Assembly: GCA_938039325.1 (NCBI GenBank)
Contig: CALHUX010000047.1
Coordinates: 37,909-101,908, forward strand
Direction: 5' to 3'
Origin: an uncultured Collinsella sp.
GTDB taxonomy: Bacteria; Actinomycetota; Coriobacteriia; Coriobacteriales; Coriobacteriaceae
DNA length: 64,000 nt
The notes beneath the pieces are model-generated. The model ran no database searches, had not been told where the DNA came from, and saw nothing but the letters and a program-made list of their open reading frames with translations. Numbering within the stretch: the first letter of the stretch is position 1; each line of letters starts with the position of its first letter. Below are positions 9,650 to 19,042 of the stretch, one piece after another. A program made the translations under genes and the position numbers.

Positions 9650-9790
9650 AGGCGAAGCAGTCTGGCTTGGGGCGCGAGGCGGTTCGCCCGCGCGTCCTAT
9701 ACAGTAATGTCCCTTGCCCAGGATTCCCACCTGGTTCCCTCCGCAAGCCAGCGCGGGCTGTGCGGGCGCCGCGCCGGTCATTTCCTTTTA
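9650..9790 (-). ncRNA. Cobalamin riboswitch upstream of cbiK (ends approximate)
   Basis: The minus strand reads AGGGAACCAGGTGGGAATCCTGG...CATTACTGT...AAGCCAGACTGC, matching the conserved B12-element blocks. Confidence 0.85.
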
Positions 9791-9986
9791 TCCGATTGTC
9801 ATATGCTCGTTGCCGAAACTTTTACTATGATAGTGGGCACTTGTGAACGTGTCAAAGCCAGGGCGGGCGGCATTGCGCCTCCTGCCTGCGTATTTGCGCC
9901 GATTGCCGCCGCAGGCGCCGTGTTTTGCCCGCTGCGCGAATGGCGGCGTAAACGGTTGCGATGAGAAACGGGAAGGGAAGGCTCGG

Positions 9987-10778
9987 ATGATTCATATCGT
10001 TGGCGCAGGCTCGGGCGCCGCCGACCTTATCACGCTGCGCGGGGCGCGCCTTCTGCGTGCGGCCGACGTGGTCGTTTGGGCGGGAAGCCTTGTGAATCCC
10101 GAGCTGCTCGCTGAGTGCAAGGAATCCTGCATCGTCTACGACAGCGCGCACATGACCTTGGAGGAAGTGCTCGACGTGATGTGCGCGGCAGATGCGCGGG
10201 GCGAGGAAGTGGTGCGCCTGCACACGGGCGACCCGTGCCTGTACGGCGCCATCCAGGAGCAGATGGACGCGCTCGACGCGCGCGGCGTGGACTACGAGGT
10301 GGTGCCCGGCGTGTCGAGCTTTTGCGGTGCCGCGGCGGCGCTTCGCCAGGAATACACGCTGCCGGGAATCAGCCAGTCGGTCGTGATCACGCGGCTTTCC
10401 GGACGTACCCCCATGCCCGCGGGCGAGGGCATGCGCACCATGGCGGAAAGCGGCTCGACTATGGTTATCTTCCTGAGCTCGGGTATGCTCGCCGAGCTTT
10501 CCGCCGAGCTTTTGGCCGCGGGCCGCAGCTCCGACGAGCCGGCGGCGCTCGTGTACAAGGCGACCTGGCCTGAGGAGCGCGTGGTGCGCTGCACAGTGGG
10601 CACGCTCGCCGATGCGGGCGCGCGAGAGGGCATCGACCGCACGGCGCTCGTGGTGGTGGGCCGCGTGCTCGGAGCTCGCGGCGGGCTTGCGCACGACGGC
10701 GTGCAAGCGGAGTCGTACGAGCGCAGCAAGCTTTACGACCCTTCGTTTGCCACGGGGTATCGGAAGGCGAGCAGCTAG
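9987..10778 (+). CDS. cbiF: Cobalt-precorrin-4 C11-methyltransferase
   Basis: Motifs IVGAGSGAADLIT, WAGSLV, RLHTGDP and VYKATWPEE; ends RSKLYDPSF. Confidence 0.92.
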   Translation: MIHIVGAGSGAADLITLRGARLLRAADVVVWAGSLVNPELLAECKESCIVYDSAHMTLEEVLDVMCAADARGEEVVRLHTGDPCLYGAIQEQMDALDARGVDYEVVPGVSSFCGAAAALRQEYTLPGISQSVVITRLSGRTPMPAGEGMRTMAESGSTMVIFLSSGMLAELSAELLAAGRSSDEPAALVYKATWPEERVVRCTVGTLADAGAREGIDRTALVVVGRVLGARGGLAHDGVQAESYERSKLYDPSFATGYRKASS

Positions 10779-10779
10779 C

Positions 10780-11964
10780 GTGGCCTTCGAGCACTACATA
10801 TATACCGGGACGACCCGCCTGCGCTGCGGCTACACGACGGGGAGCTGTGCCGCGCTCGCGGCGAAGGCCGCCTGCGAGATGCTCTTGTCACGAAAGCCCG
10901 CCGGCCGCGTGTCGATCGTCACGCCCGGCGGGCTGCCCGTCGAGACGGACGTGGTCGACGCATGCATCGGCGAGGGGTGCGCCCAGTGCGCCGTGCGAAA
11001 GGACGCAGGCGACGATGCCGATGTGACCGACGGCGTGCTCGTGTACGCGCGCGTGGAACATGCGGGGTCGAGCACGGGTGCTGCGGGCAGCAAGGGCGTG
11101 CCCGCGCGCGAATCGGAAGTTTCCGTCGATGGCGGCGTGGGCGTGGGGCGCGTGACGTTGCCCGGGCTCGAGCAGCCGGTGGGGGCGGCCGCCATCAACG
11201 CGACGCCGCGCGCGATGATCACTTCGGCGGTGCGCGAGGTGTGCGCCGCGCACGGCTTTTCTGGAAATATCGCTGTGACGATTTCGGTACCCGAGGGCGT
11301 TGCCCTTGCCGAAAAGACCTTCAACCCGCACCTGGGGATAGAGGACGGCATCTCCATCCTGGGCACGACGGGCATCGTCGAGCCGCGCAGCCTCGCTGCC
11401 TTGCGCGACAGCATCGAGCTCGAGATCCGGCAGCATGCGGCTATGGGGCGGCGCGGAGTCGTGCTCACGCCCGGCAACTACGGCGCGCAGTTCATCTCGG
11501 GGCATTTCCATCTAAACGGTGCGCCGGTGGTCTTCATTTCCAACTTTGTGGGCGATGCAATTGATTGCTGCGTTCGCGAGGGATTTACTAATGTCCTTCT
11601 TGTGGGACACATCGGCAAGCTGGTGAAGGTCGCGGGCAGCATCATGGACACCCATTCGCGTACCGCCGACTGCCGCGCGGAGATTCTGGCCGCCCACGCG
11701 GCCTTGGCCGGCGCGGGCACGAAGACTGTGCGCGAGATCATGTCGTCGGTCACGACCACGGCGGCGCTCGAGGTAATCGAGGCCGCCGGCGTGGGGGACG
11801 CTGCGCGCGCCTCGCTCGCTGTGGCAATCGAGGACAGGTTGCGCCGCCGCGCGGCGGGCGGATGCGACATCGCCGCGGTCGTGTTCGACGCCGAGCGCTG
11901 CGAGCTTTTCCGCACGTCGGGCGCCGATGCAGTTATCGGGGAATTGGGGGCGACGTATGAGTAA
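10780..11964 (+). CDS. cbiD: Cobalt-precorrin-5B C1-methyltransferase
   Basis: Motifs LRCGYTTGSCAA, KDAGDDADVT, KTFNPHLGI, GISILGTTG and GKLVKVA; GTG start. Confidence 0.93.
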   Translation: MAFEHYIYTGTTRLRCGYTTGSCAALAAKAACEMLLSRKPAGRVSIVTPGGLPVETDVVDACIGEGCAQCAVRKDAGDDADVTDGVLVYARVEHAGSSTGAAGSKGVPARESEVSVDGGVGVGRVTLPGLEQPVGAAAINATPRAMITSAVREVCAAHGFSGNIAVTISVPEGVALAEKTFNPHLGIEDGISILGTTGIVEPRSLAALRDSIELEIRQHAAMGRRGVVLTPGNYGAQFISGHFHLNGAPVVFISNFVGDAIDCCVREGFTNVLLVGHIGKLVKVAGSIMDTHSRTADCRAEILAAHAALAGAGTKTVREIMSSVTTTAALEVIEAAGVGDAARASLAVAIEDRLRRRAAGGCDIAAVVFDAERCELFRTSGADAVIGELGATYE

Positions 11965-12646
11965 AGGCGTGCTGTACGGCGTGGGCACGGGGCCTGGCGA
12001 CCCCGAGCTGCTCACGATCAAGGCCGTCCGCACAATCGAATCGTGTCCGGTCATCGCCGCACCGCAGACGGCGGACGGGGCCATGGTCGCGCTCGACATC
12101 GTGCGCGGCGCCGTCGACCTTACAGGCAAGACGGTGATCCCCGTGCGATTCTCGATGACGCGCGACGTCGAGCGCCGCGCGGCCGAGCATGCCTCGCTTG
12201 TTCGCGAGCTTGTCGCGCACCTGGATGCGGTCCGCGACGTCGCGCTGCTGAACCTGGGGGACCCGAGCATCTACGCCACCTTCCAGCGCATAGCGCCCGA
12301 CGTGCGCGCCCGCGGGTTCGAGGCGCGCGCCATTCCCGGCGTGCCGAGCTTCTGCGCGGTCGCCGCGGCGCTCGAGCGCGACCTCACGTCCGAGATGTCG
12401 TCGCCCCTGCACATCGTGCCCGGCGGCTACGACGACGTGCGCCGCGCAATCGGCTGGCCGGGGACGAAGGTGGTCATGAAGGCGCGCCGCTCGCTTGCGG
12501 ACACGAAGTGCATCCTTCGCGAGGAGGGCGCCTTCGACGGTGCCGAGCTCGTAGAGGACTGTGGGCTTCCGGGCGAGCGCGTGTACCGCTCGGTCGACGA
12601 TGTGCCCGATCGGGGCAGCTACTTCTCGACGATGGTGGTGCGCTAG
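11957..12646 (+). CDS. cbiL: Cobalt-factor II C20-methyltransferase
   Basis: Motifs LYGVGTGPGDPELLT, LGDPSIYATF and VVMKA; ends YFSTMVV. Confidence 0.9.
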   Translation: MSKGVLYGVGTGPGDPELLTIKAVRTIESCPVIAAPQTADGAMVALDIVRGAVDLTGKTVIPVRFSMTRDVERRAAEHASLVRELVAHLDAVRDVALLNLGDPSIYATFQRIAPDVRARGFEARAIPGVPSFCAVAAALERDLTSEMSSPLHIVPGGYDDVRRAIGWPGTKVVMKARRSLADTKCILREEGAFDGAELVEDCGLPGERVYRSVDDVPDRGSYFSTMVVR

Positions 12647-13780
12647 ATGAGGGTTTCCTGCATAGCGTTCACTGAGAGGGGATATGCGTTGGCGGAGCGC
12701 ACCGCACGCGCGCTTTCCGATTGCGCGCAGACAGGTGAAGATGACCCTGGCTGGGACGTTCCCGTTTCGCGCGGGTTCGGCGAGGGGAAGGCCGACCTGC
12801 GCGCATGGACGGCGCTCGCGTGGGAAGCGTCGGACGCGCTTCTGTTCGTGGGCGCGGCGGGCATCGCCGTGCGGGCGATCGCGCCGCATGTCGCCTCGAA
12901 GGCAAGCGATTCCGCGGTTGTGGTGATCGACGAGGCGGGGCGCTTTGCCGTCCCGCTTTTGTCGGGGCATTTGGGCGGTGCGAACGAGCTTGCGCAAACT
13001 GTGGCACGCGCGGCAGGGGCCATCCCCGTCATCACCACGGCGACCGACGTCCGCGGCGTGTGGGCGGTGGATACGTGGGCGCGCTGTGCGGGGCTCGCCG
13101 TTTCGAATCCCGAGGCCATCAAGCGAGTGTCGGCGCGGCTGCTTTCGGGCGGGCGCGTGGCGCTCTATTCCGACATGCCGATTTCGGGACAGCCGCCTGA
13201 GGGGGTTGACATTGCGTCCGACCGCGCTCGGGCCGATATCGTCGTGTCGCCGTTCGCTGGCGCGAATGCAGGTGCGTCCGTTCGCGCAGCGGAGACGACG
13301 GGCGATGTCGTGCCCGCCGGTGAGACGGGGAAGCCGGCGGGCGTGCGGGCGCAGGCGCCTGCGCCCGAGCCGCTTCGCCTTGTCGTGCCCTGCATCGTTG
13401 CGGGCATAGGGTGCCGTCGCGGTGCGTGCGCCGAAGCGATCGGGGAGGCGTTTCTTCTCGCGTGCGGGCAGGCGGGTATCTCGCCTTCGGCCGTGCGCAA
13501 GGCGGCGACGATCGACGTGAAGGCGCACGAGGAGGGTCTGCTCGCCTTCTGCCGCGCGCGCAAGATTCCGCTTGCGACGTATTCCGTTGAGGAGTTGTCG
13601 CAGGTCGAAGGCAGCGTTTCACCATCTGATTTCGTGCGCGCGACGGTGGGGGTCGACAACGTGTGCGAGCGCGCGGCGCTTGCGGACGGGGGCAAACTTA
13701 TCTTCCCGAAGCTCGCTCACGGCGGCGTGACCGTCGCGTTTTCCAAGGTAACTATCGAACTTTCGTTTAAGGAGCGGTGA
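12647..13780 (+). CDS. cbiG: Cobalt-precorrin-5A hydrolase
   Basis: Motifs GIAVRAIAP, LLSGHLGGAN, VITTATD, GIGCRRG and VCERAA. Confidence 0.92.
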   Translation: MRVSCIAFTERGYALAERTARALSDCAQTGEDDPGWDVPVSRGFGEGKADLRAWTALAWEASDALLFVGAAGIAVRAIAPHVASKASDSAVVVIDEAGRFAVPLLSGHLGGANELAQTVARAAGAIPVITTATDVRGVWAVDTWARCAGLAVSNPEAIKRVSARLLSGGRVALYSDMPISGQPPEGVDIASDRARADIVVSPFAGANAGASVRAAETTGDVVPAGETGKPAGVRAQAPAPEPLRLVVPCIVAGIGCRRGACAEAIGEAFLLACGQAGISPSAVRKAATIDVKAHEEGLLAFCRARKIPLATYSVEELSQVEGSVSPSDFVRATVGVDNVCERAALADGGKLIFPKLAHGGVTVAFSKVTIELSFKER

Positions 13781-14523
13781 TGGGAAAGCTCTTCGTGGTG
13801 GGGATCGGCCCGGGCGGCCCCGACGGCATGACGATTGCGGCTCGGCGCGCGCTCGAGGCGGCCGACATCGTTGTGGGGTACACGAAATACGTGGAGCTCG
13901 CGCTCGCCGCCGTGCCCGACGCGGCGCATCTCGCGACGCCGATGATGCACGAGGTCGAACGGTGCCGCCTGGCGCTTTCGCGCGCGCAGAGCGGAGAAGC
14001 CGTGACGCTTGTGTGCAGCGGTGACGCGGGCGTGTACGGCATGGCGAGCCCCGTGCTGGAGCTTGCGGAGGACTACCCCGATGTAGACGTGGAAGTTATC
14101 GCCGGGGCCACCGCGGCTCAGAGCGGGTCGGCGGTGCTCGGCGCCCCGCTTGCCCACGACTTCGCGGTCGTGTCGCTCTCCGACCTGCTCACGCCGTGGG
14201 AGGTCATCGAGCGCAGGCTCGCCGCCGTGGCGAGCGCCGACTTCTGCATCTGTTTGTACAACCCGCGCAGCAGAAAGCGCGCCGACAGGCTCTCGCGCGC
14301 GGCGAAGATTATGCTCGAATGGAAGGCCCCCGACACGCTCTGCGGCTGGGTACGCAACATCGGGCGCGAGGGGCAGCAGTCGGGCATGTGCAGGCTCTCC
14401 GAGCTGGGGGAGTTCGACGCCGACATGTTCACCACCGTGTTCGTCGGCAACGCGGACACGAAGCGCGTAGGCGGCCGTATGGTCACGCCGCGCGGGTATC
14501 GGGAGATTCCATGCGAAAGGTAA
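13780..14523 (+). CDS. cbiH: Cobalt-factor III C17-methyltransferase
   Basis: Motifs VVGIGPG, SGDAGVYGMA, LGAPLAHDF, SLSDLLTPW, LYNPRS and TPRGY. An alternative GTG start lies at 13777. Confidence 0.92.
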   Translation: MGKLFVVGIGPGGPDGMTIAARRALEAADIVVGYTKYVELALAAVPDAAHLATPMMHEVERCRLALSRAQSGEAVTLVCSGDAGVYGMASPVLELAEDYPDVDVEVIAGATAAQSGSAVLGAPLAHDFAVVSLSDLLTPWEVIERRLAAVASADFCICLYNPRSRKRADRLSRAAKIMLEWKAPDTLCGWVRNIGREGQQSGMCRLSELGEFDADMFTTVFVGNADTKRVGGRMVTPRGYREIPCER

Positions 14524-15983
14524 CGATCATCGGGGCGGGGCCCGGAAACCCCGACTTGCTCTCGCGCGCGGCGCTCGACGCGATCGACATCGCCGACGTG
14601 GTCATCGGCGCTCATCGCGTGCTTGTCGGCATCGACGTGCCGCCCGACGTGGTGAGATGCGAGCTCGTGAAGACGGCGGACATCGTCGCCGCTCTCACCG
14701 ATGCGGCGTCGTGGCAGCGCGCCGTGGTCGTGATGACGGGCGATGTGGGGCTGTTCAGCGGCGCGCGCCGCCTGGTGGAGGCGCTCTCCGGCGACGCGCG
14801 GGTGGACGTGCGCGTCATTCCCGGCATAAGCTCAGCGTCGTATCTCGCCGCGCGCCTCGCGCGTCCATGGCAGGATTGGCGCTTCGCGAGCGCTCACGGC
14901 GTGGCGTGCGACATCTTGGCCGAGGCCGAGCGCGCAGGTGAGCTCTTCCTCGCCACGTCGGGCGGGGAAGACCCCTCGCGGCTTTCGGGCGAGCTTGTGC
15001 AGGCGGGCTTCGGGGACGCGCGCGTGACGGTGGCCGAGCGCCTGTCGTACCCCGACGAGCGCATCACCTGCGCGACCGCAAGTGAAATCGCAGGTCAGAC
15101 GTTCGACGACTTGAACGTGATGCTTATCGAGTTCGCAGGCTGCGCCGGGTCGCCTGCGGGCTCTAGCGCAGCCTCCGAGGCGCCGGCCGGCGCGTCTGCG
15201 CCCGCGGCGGCTTCTTTCGCGGCGGACTCTGCGGGCGCATTCCGCGCCGCGAGCTCCCGCTGGCCGTACGCTTCCTCGGGCATTCCCGACGAGCTCTTCA
15301 TCCGCGGCGACGTTCCCATGACCAAGCAGGAGGTGCGCGCCGTCGCGCTCGCGAAGCTGCGCCTTACCGCGACCGACACCGTGTGGGACGTCGGCGCCGG
15401 CACGGGGAGCGTGTCGATTGAGGCGGCGCTCGTCGCGCGAGCGGGGTCGGTATGGGCGGTCGAGCGGAACGCGGCCGGCGTGCGGCTCATCCGAGAGAAC
15501 GCGGATGCATTCAGGTGCGGCAACGTGCATGCGGTCCCCGGTGTCGCCCCCGAAGCGCTTGCGAAACTGCCCGTCCCCGACGCCGTGTTCGTCGGCGGGA
15601 GCGCGGGCGAGCTTCCCTCCATCGTGGAGGCGGCGCTCGAGAAGAACTCGCAGGTTCGCCTGTGCGTGCCATGCGTCACCGTTGAGACGCTCACCGAGGC
15701 GTGCGCGCTCCTCTCGGGTTCGCGCTTTAAGGGGTTCGAGGCGTGCCAGGTGTCGGCCGCCCGCGCTGAGGCTGTAGGCTCGCACCATCTTATGAAGGCG
15801 CAAAACCCCGTGTTCCTCGTCAGCGCGCGTGGTGCGGGCGCGGATGCCGAGGAGCTTGCCGAAGTCGGCGCGCTTGCTGAGTCGCCTGTCGGGGAGGACC
15901 TCTCTGTCGAGGGGAAACCATCCGTTGAGGTGGTCTCGCTTGCTAACTGCAACGACGCAGGTGGGGAAGGCGGTGCCCGGTGA
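14511..15983 (+). CDS. cbiET: Fused CbiE/CbiT precorrin-6B C5/C15 methyltransferase (decarboxylating)
   Basis: CbiE part IIGAGPG...TGDVGLFSGA...PGISS; Ala-rich linker; CbiT part VPMTKQEVR, WDVGAGTGSV, MKAQNPVF. Confidence 0.9.
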   Translation: MRKVTIIGAGPGNPDLLSRAALDAIDIADVVIGAHRVLVGIDVPPDVVRCELVKTADIVAALTDAASWQRAVVVMTGDVGLFSGARRLVEALSGDARVDVRVIPGISSASYLAARLARPWQDWRFASAHGVACDILAEAERAGELFLATSGGEDPSRLSGELVQAGFGDARVTVAERLSYPDERITCATASEIAGQTFDDLNVMLIEFAGCAGSPAGSSAASEAPAGASAPAAASFAADSAGAFRAASSRWPYASSGIPDELFIRGDVPMTKQEVRAVALAKLRLTATDTVWDVGAGTGSVSIEAALVARAGSVWAVERNAAGVRLIRENADAFRCGNVHAVPGVAPEALAKLPVPDAVFVGGSAGELPSIVEAALEKNSQVRLCVPCVTVETLTEACALLSGSRFKGFEACQVSAARAEAVGSHHLMKAQNPVFLVSARGAGADAEELAEVGALAESPVGEDLSVEGKPSVEVVSLANCNDAGGEGGAR

Positions 15984-17362
15984 GCACGTCCATCCCGCGC
16001 TTCATGGTCGCTGCGCCCTCGAGCGGGAGCGGCAAGACGGTCGTCACGTGCGCGCTCCTGCGCGCGCTCGCGCGTCGCGGCCTTGCATGCGCGGCCTTCA
16101 AATGCGGCCCCGACTACATTGACCCGCTCTTTCACCGCCGCGTCGTGGGTGCGCGCTCGGGCAACTTAGATGGCTTCTTCACCGACGCCCCGACGCTGCG
16201 CGCCCTGCTCGCACGCGGCGCCGCGGGTGCGGATGTCGCGGTGCTCGAGGGGGTCATGGGCTTCTACGACGGCATGGCGCCCGGCGTGGCCGACGCGAGC
16301 AGCTACCAGGTTGCGCGCGACACGGAAACGCCGGTCGTTTTAGTGGTGAACGGGCGCGGGGCGTCTTTATCGCTCGCCGCCGTAATCCGCGGCATCGCCG
16401 AGTTCCTGCCTTGTGCGAACGTGCGCGGCGTCGTGCTGAACAAGACGAGCGCCGCTGCCTGCGCCTACGCGGCGCCTGCGATCGAGAAGCACACGGGCGT
16501 CGCGATTTTGGGGAATATCCCCGCCGACGAGGCGTTCTTGCTCGAAAGCCGGCATCTGGGGCTTGTGACCGCCGACGAGGTCGAGCAGCTCTCCGCGCGC
16601 ATCGACAAGATGGCCGAGCTGGTGGAAAAGAGCGTCGACGTCGACCGCTTGCTTGAAATAGCGGCGACGGCACCCGATATCCGCGAGGAACCTTACCGGT
16701 TGGAGCCGATCGTGGGAGCGCGGCCCATCGTCGCCGTCGCGCGTGACGAGGCGTTCTCGTTCTACTACGAGGAGAACCTGCGTGCGCTCGAGGACCTGGG
16801 TTGCGAGCTGGCCTTTTTCAGCCCCCTGTGTGATAGCGAGTTGCCCCGGGGGACAAGCGCCCTCTATCTGGGGGGCGGCTACCCGGAGCTCCATGCGCGG
16901 CAGCTCTCCGAGAACGCGTCGATGCGCGAGGCGGTGCGGCGCGCGGTGGAATCCGGCATGCCGACGGTCGCCGAATGCGGTGGGTTTCTTTACCTGCAGC
17001 GCGAAATCGCCGATAGCGAGGGGCGGCGCTGGCCTGTTGCGGGCGCCCTTGAGGGCGCAAGCGAGAACGGGGGAAGGCTGTCCCATTTCGGGTACGTGGA
17101 GCTCACTTCCCAACGCGACGGGCTCTACGGTCCGCGCGGCACACGCATCCGCGCGCACGAGTTCCACTACTGGCAGTCCGCCTGCCCGGGCGGCGACTTC
17201 TGGGCGCAGAAGCCCCGGCGCGGCAAGGGCTGGCCGTGCATGACGACCACCCCGTCCCTGGTGGCGGGCTTCCCGCATGTGTACTATCCTGCGAACCCCG
17301 ACGTTGCGCGCGCGTTCGCGTCTGCCGCAGCGTCGTTCGCAGAGAGGAGACGGCATGGCTGA
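15980..17362 (+). CDS. cbiA: Cobyrinate a,c-diamide synthase
   Basis: Motifs SGSGKT, FKCGPDYID, EGVMGFYDG, SRHLGL, AFSFYY, GGGYPE, AECGG and HEFHY. Confidence 0.95.
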   Translation: MSTSIPRFMVAAPSSGSGKTVVTCALLRALARRGLACAAFKCGPDYIDPLFHRRVVGARSGNLDGFFTDAPTLRALLARGAAGADVAVLEGVMGFYDGMAPGVADASSYQVARDTETPVVLVVNGRGASLSLAAVIRGIAEFLPCANVRGVVLNKTSAAACAYAAPAIEKHTGVAILGNIPADEAFLLESRHLGLVTADEVEQLSARIDKMAELVEKSVDVDRLLEIAATAPDIREEPYRLEPIVGARPIVAVARDEAFSFYYEENLRALEDLGCELAFFSPLCDSELPRGTSALYLGGGYPELHARQLSENASMREAVRRAVESGMPTVAECGGFLYLQREIADSEGRRWPVAGALEGASENGGRLSHFGYVELTSQRDGLYGPRGTRIRAHEFHYWQSACPGGDFWAQKPRRGKGWPCMTTTPSLVAGFPHVYYPANPDVARAFASAAASFAERRRHG

Positions 17363-18497
17363 AGCAACCGAAACCGCGCTTGCCTGCATCCGCGAGGAAG
17401 TCGAGCGCGCGTTCTCGTCGGCGCCGGGCGCCGTGCTCGAAGCCGCGCTCTCCCGGATCGCGCCCGCAGACGAGTGCGCCCGCGCCGCCGCGTACGCCAC
17501 GTGGGATTCCATCGCGCACCCCTTGGGGGGATTGGGCGACTTTGAAGACGCCGTCGCGTGTATCGCCGCAGCTCAGGGGAGTGCCGAGGTGGCCGAGTTT
17601 CCCCGTGCGCTCGCGGTATTCTTCTCCGACAACGGGGTCGTTGCCGAAGGCGTGTCGCAAAGCGGGCAAGACGTGACGCGAGCCGTCGCGCGCAACATGT
17701 GCGAGGGGGCTGCGAGCGCCTGCCGCATGGCGGCGTTCGCGGGTGCCGAGGTCGTGCCCGTCGACGTGGGTATGGCCCGGGGCATAGAAGACGCGCGCAT
17801 GGTGCGCGCGAACGTGCGGCGGGGGAGCGGCAACATCGCGCACGGCTCCGCTATGTCTCGCGATGGGGCCGTGCGTGCGATCGAGGTCGGAATCGCCGTC
17901 GCGTGCGGGCTTGCCCGCGCCGGCGTGCGCCTTCTCGCCGCGGGCGAGATGGGCATCGGCAACACGACCACCTCGGCGGCGGTTGCCGCAGTGCTCATCC
18001 GGGCGGACGCGCGGAGCCTCGTCGGGCGCGGCGCGGGGCTCTCGGATGCCTCGCTCGCGCGCAAGCGCGACGTGGTCGAGCGCGCTATCGACGCGAACTC
18101 GCCCGATCCCGCCGACCCGATCGACGTGCTCTCGAAGGTGGGCGGCTTCGACATCGCGGCGATGTGCGGCTTCTACCTAGGGGCCGCGGTCTCGAAGGCG
18201 CCGGCGCTCCTCGACGGGGTCATATCCTGCACGGCGGCCCTGTGCGCGGCGCGCCTGTGCCCCAACGCCTTGGGCTACCTCGTGGGCACCCACGCATCAA
18301 GCGAACCCGCAAGCCAGGAGCTCCTTCGCGAGCTCGGCATAAAGGCACCCCTCGACGCAGGCATGCACTTGGGCGAGGGCGCGGGCGCCATGGCGTATCT
18401 GCCCCTTCTGGATTCGGCGCTGCGCGTGTACCGGGGTGGGAAGACGTTCACGGCGACTGGCATGGCTGCTTACGAGCATTTCGAGGCCGGGAAATGA
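17355..18497 (+). CDS. cobT: Nicotinate-nucleotide--lower base phosphoribosyltransferase
   Basis: Motifs DNGVVAEGVS, GEMGIGNTT, GRGAGL, GGFDIAAM and LGEGAG. Confidence 0.92.
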   Translation: MAEATETALACIREEVERAFSSAPGAVLEAALSRIAPADECARAAAYATWDSIAHPLGGLGDFEDAVACIAAAQGSAEVAEFPRALAVFFSDNGVVAEGVSQSGQDVTRAVARNMCEGAASACRMAAFAGAEVVPVDVGMARGIEDARMVRANVRRGSGNIAHGSAMSRDGAVRAIEVGIAVACGLARAGVRLLAAGEMGIGNTTTSAAVAAVLIRADARSLVGRGAGLSDASLARKRDVVERAIDANSPDPADPIDVLSKVGGFDIAAMCGFYLGAAVSKAPALLDGVISCTAALCAARLCPNALGYLVGTHASSEPASQELLRELGIKAPLDAGMHLGEGAGAMAYLPLLDSALRVYRGGKTFTATGMAAYEHFEAGK

Positions 18498-19042
18498 CGG
18501 TGACGCTCGTCATCGGCGCCGCCGCGAGCGGCAAGAGCGCCTACGCCGAGTCCCTGTGCCTCGGGCACGACGGCCCCCGCGTGTACCTGGCAACGATGGA
18601 GCCCTTCGGGGAAGAGGGCGCCCGCCGCATCGCGCGCCATCGGGCGCTGCGCGAGGGCAAGGGGTTTTCCACCCTCGAGCGCACGCGTGACGTGGGTGCC
18701 GCAGTGCCCGGGCTTCCGCGCGGCTGCACGCTTCTTTTGGAGGACGTGGGCAACCTGGTTGCGAACGAGCTTTTCGCGGAAGGCGGCTTGTCCCCACGTG
18801 ACCCAGACGCTGCGGCGCGCGAGGTGCTCGGAGGCATCGAACGGCTCGCTCAGGCCGCTGCATATACGGTGGTGGTCACCGTCGACGTGTTCGCCGATGG
18901 GATGCGCTACGATGAGGGGACCGAGGCATGGAGGCGCGCGCTCGCGCGCGTGAACGCGGGCGTGGCGGCGCTGGCCGACCACGCAGTCGAAGTGGTATGC
19001 GGGATTCCCGTGTGGATGAAAGGTGAAGGACCTACAAGGTGA
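18494..19042 (+). CDS. cobU: Adenosylcobinamide kinase/guanylyltransferase
   Basis: P-loop GAAASGKS; motifs YLATM, RIARHR and VVCGIP. Confidence 0.9.
   Translation: MTVTLVIGAAASGKSAYAESLCLGHDGPRVYLATMEPFGEEGARRIARHRALREGKGFSTLERTRDVGAAVPGLPRGCTLLLEDVGNLVANELFAEGGLSPRDPDAAAREVLGGIERLAQAAAYTVVVTVDVFADGMRYDEGTEAWRRALARVNAGVAALADHAVEVVCGIPVWMKGEGPTR

Noticed and set aside
14196..14510. N-terminal extensions in the ORF track for several genes (e.g. starts 14196, 17558, 19509, 22754, 9843, 33855)
   Set aside because: Most overlap upstream genes or regulatory DNA. RBS position and family motifs support the later starts used here.
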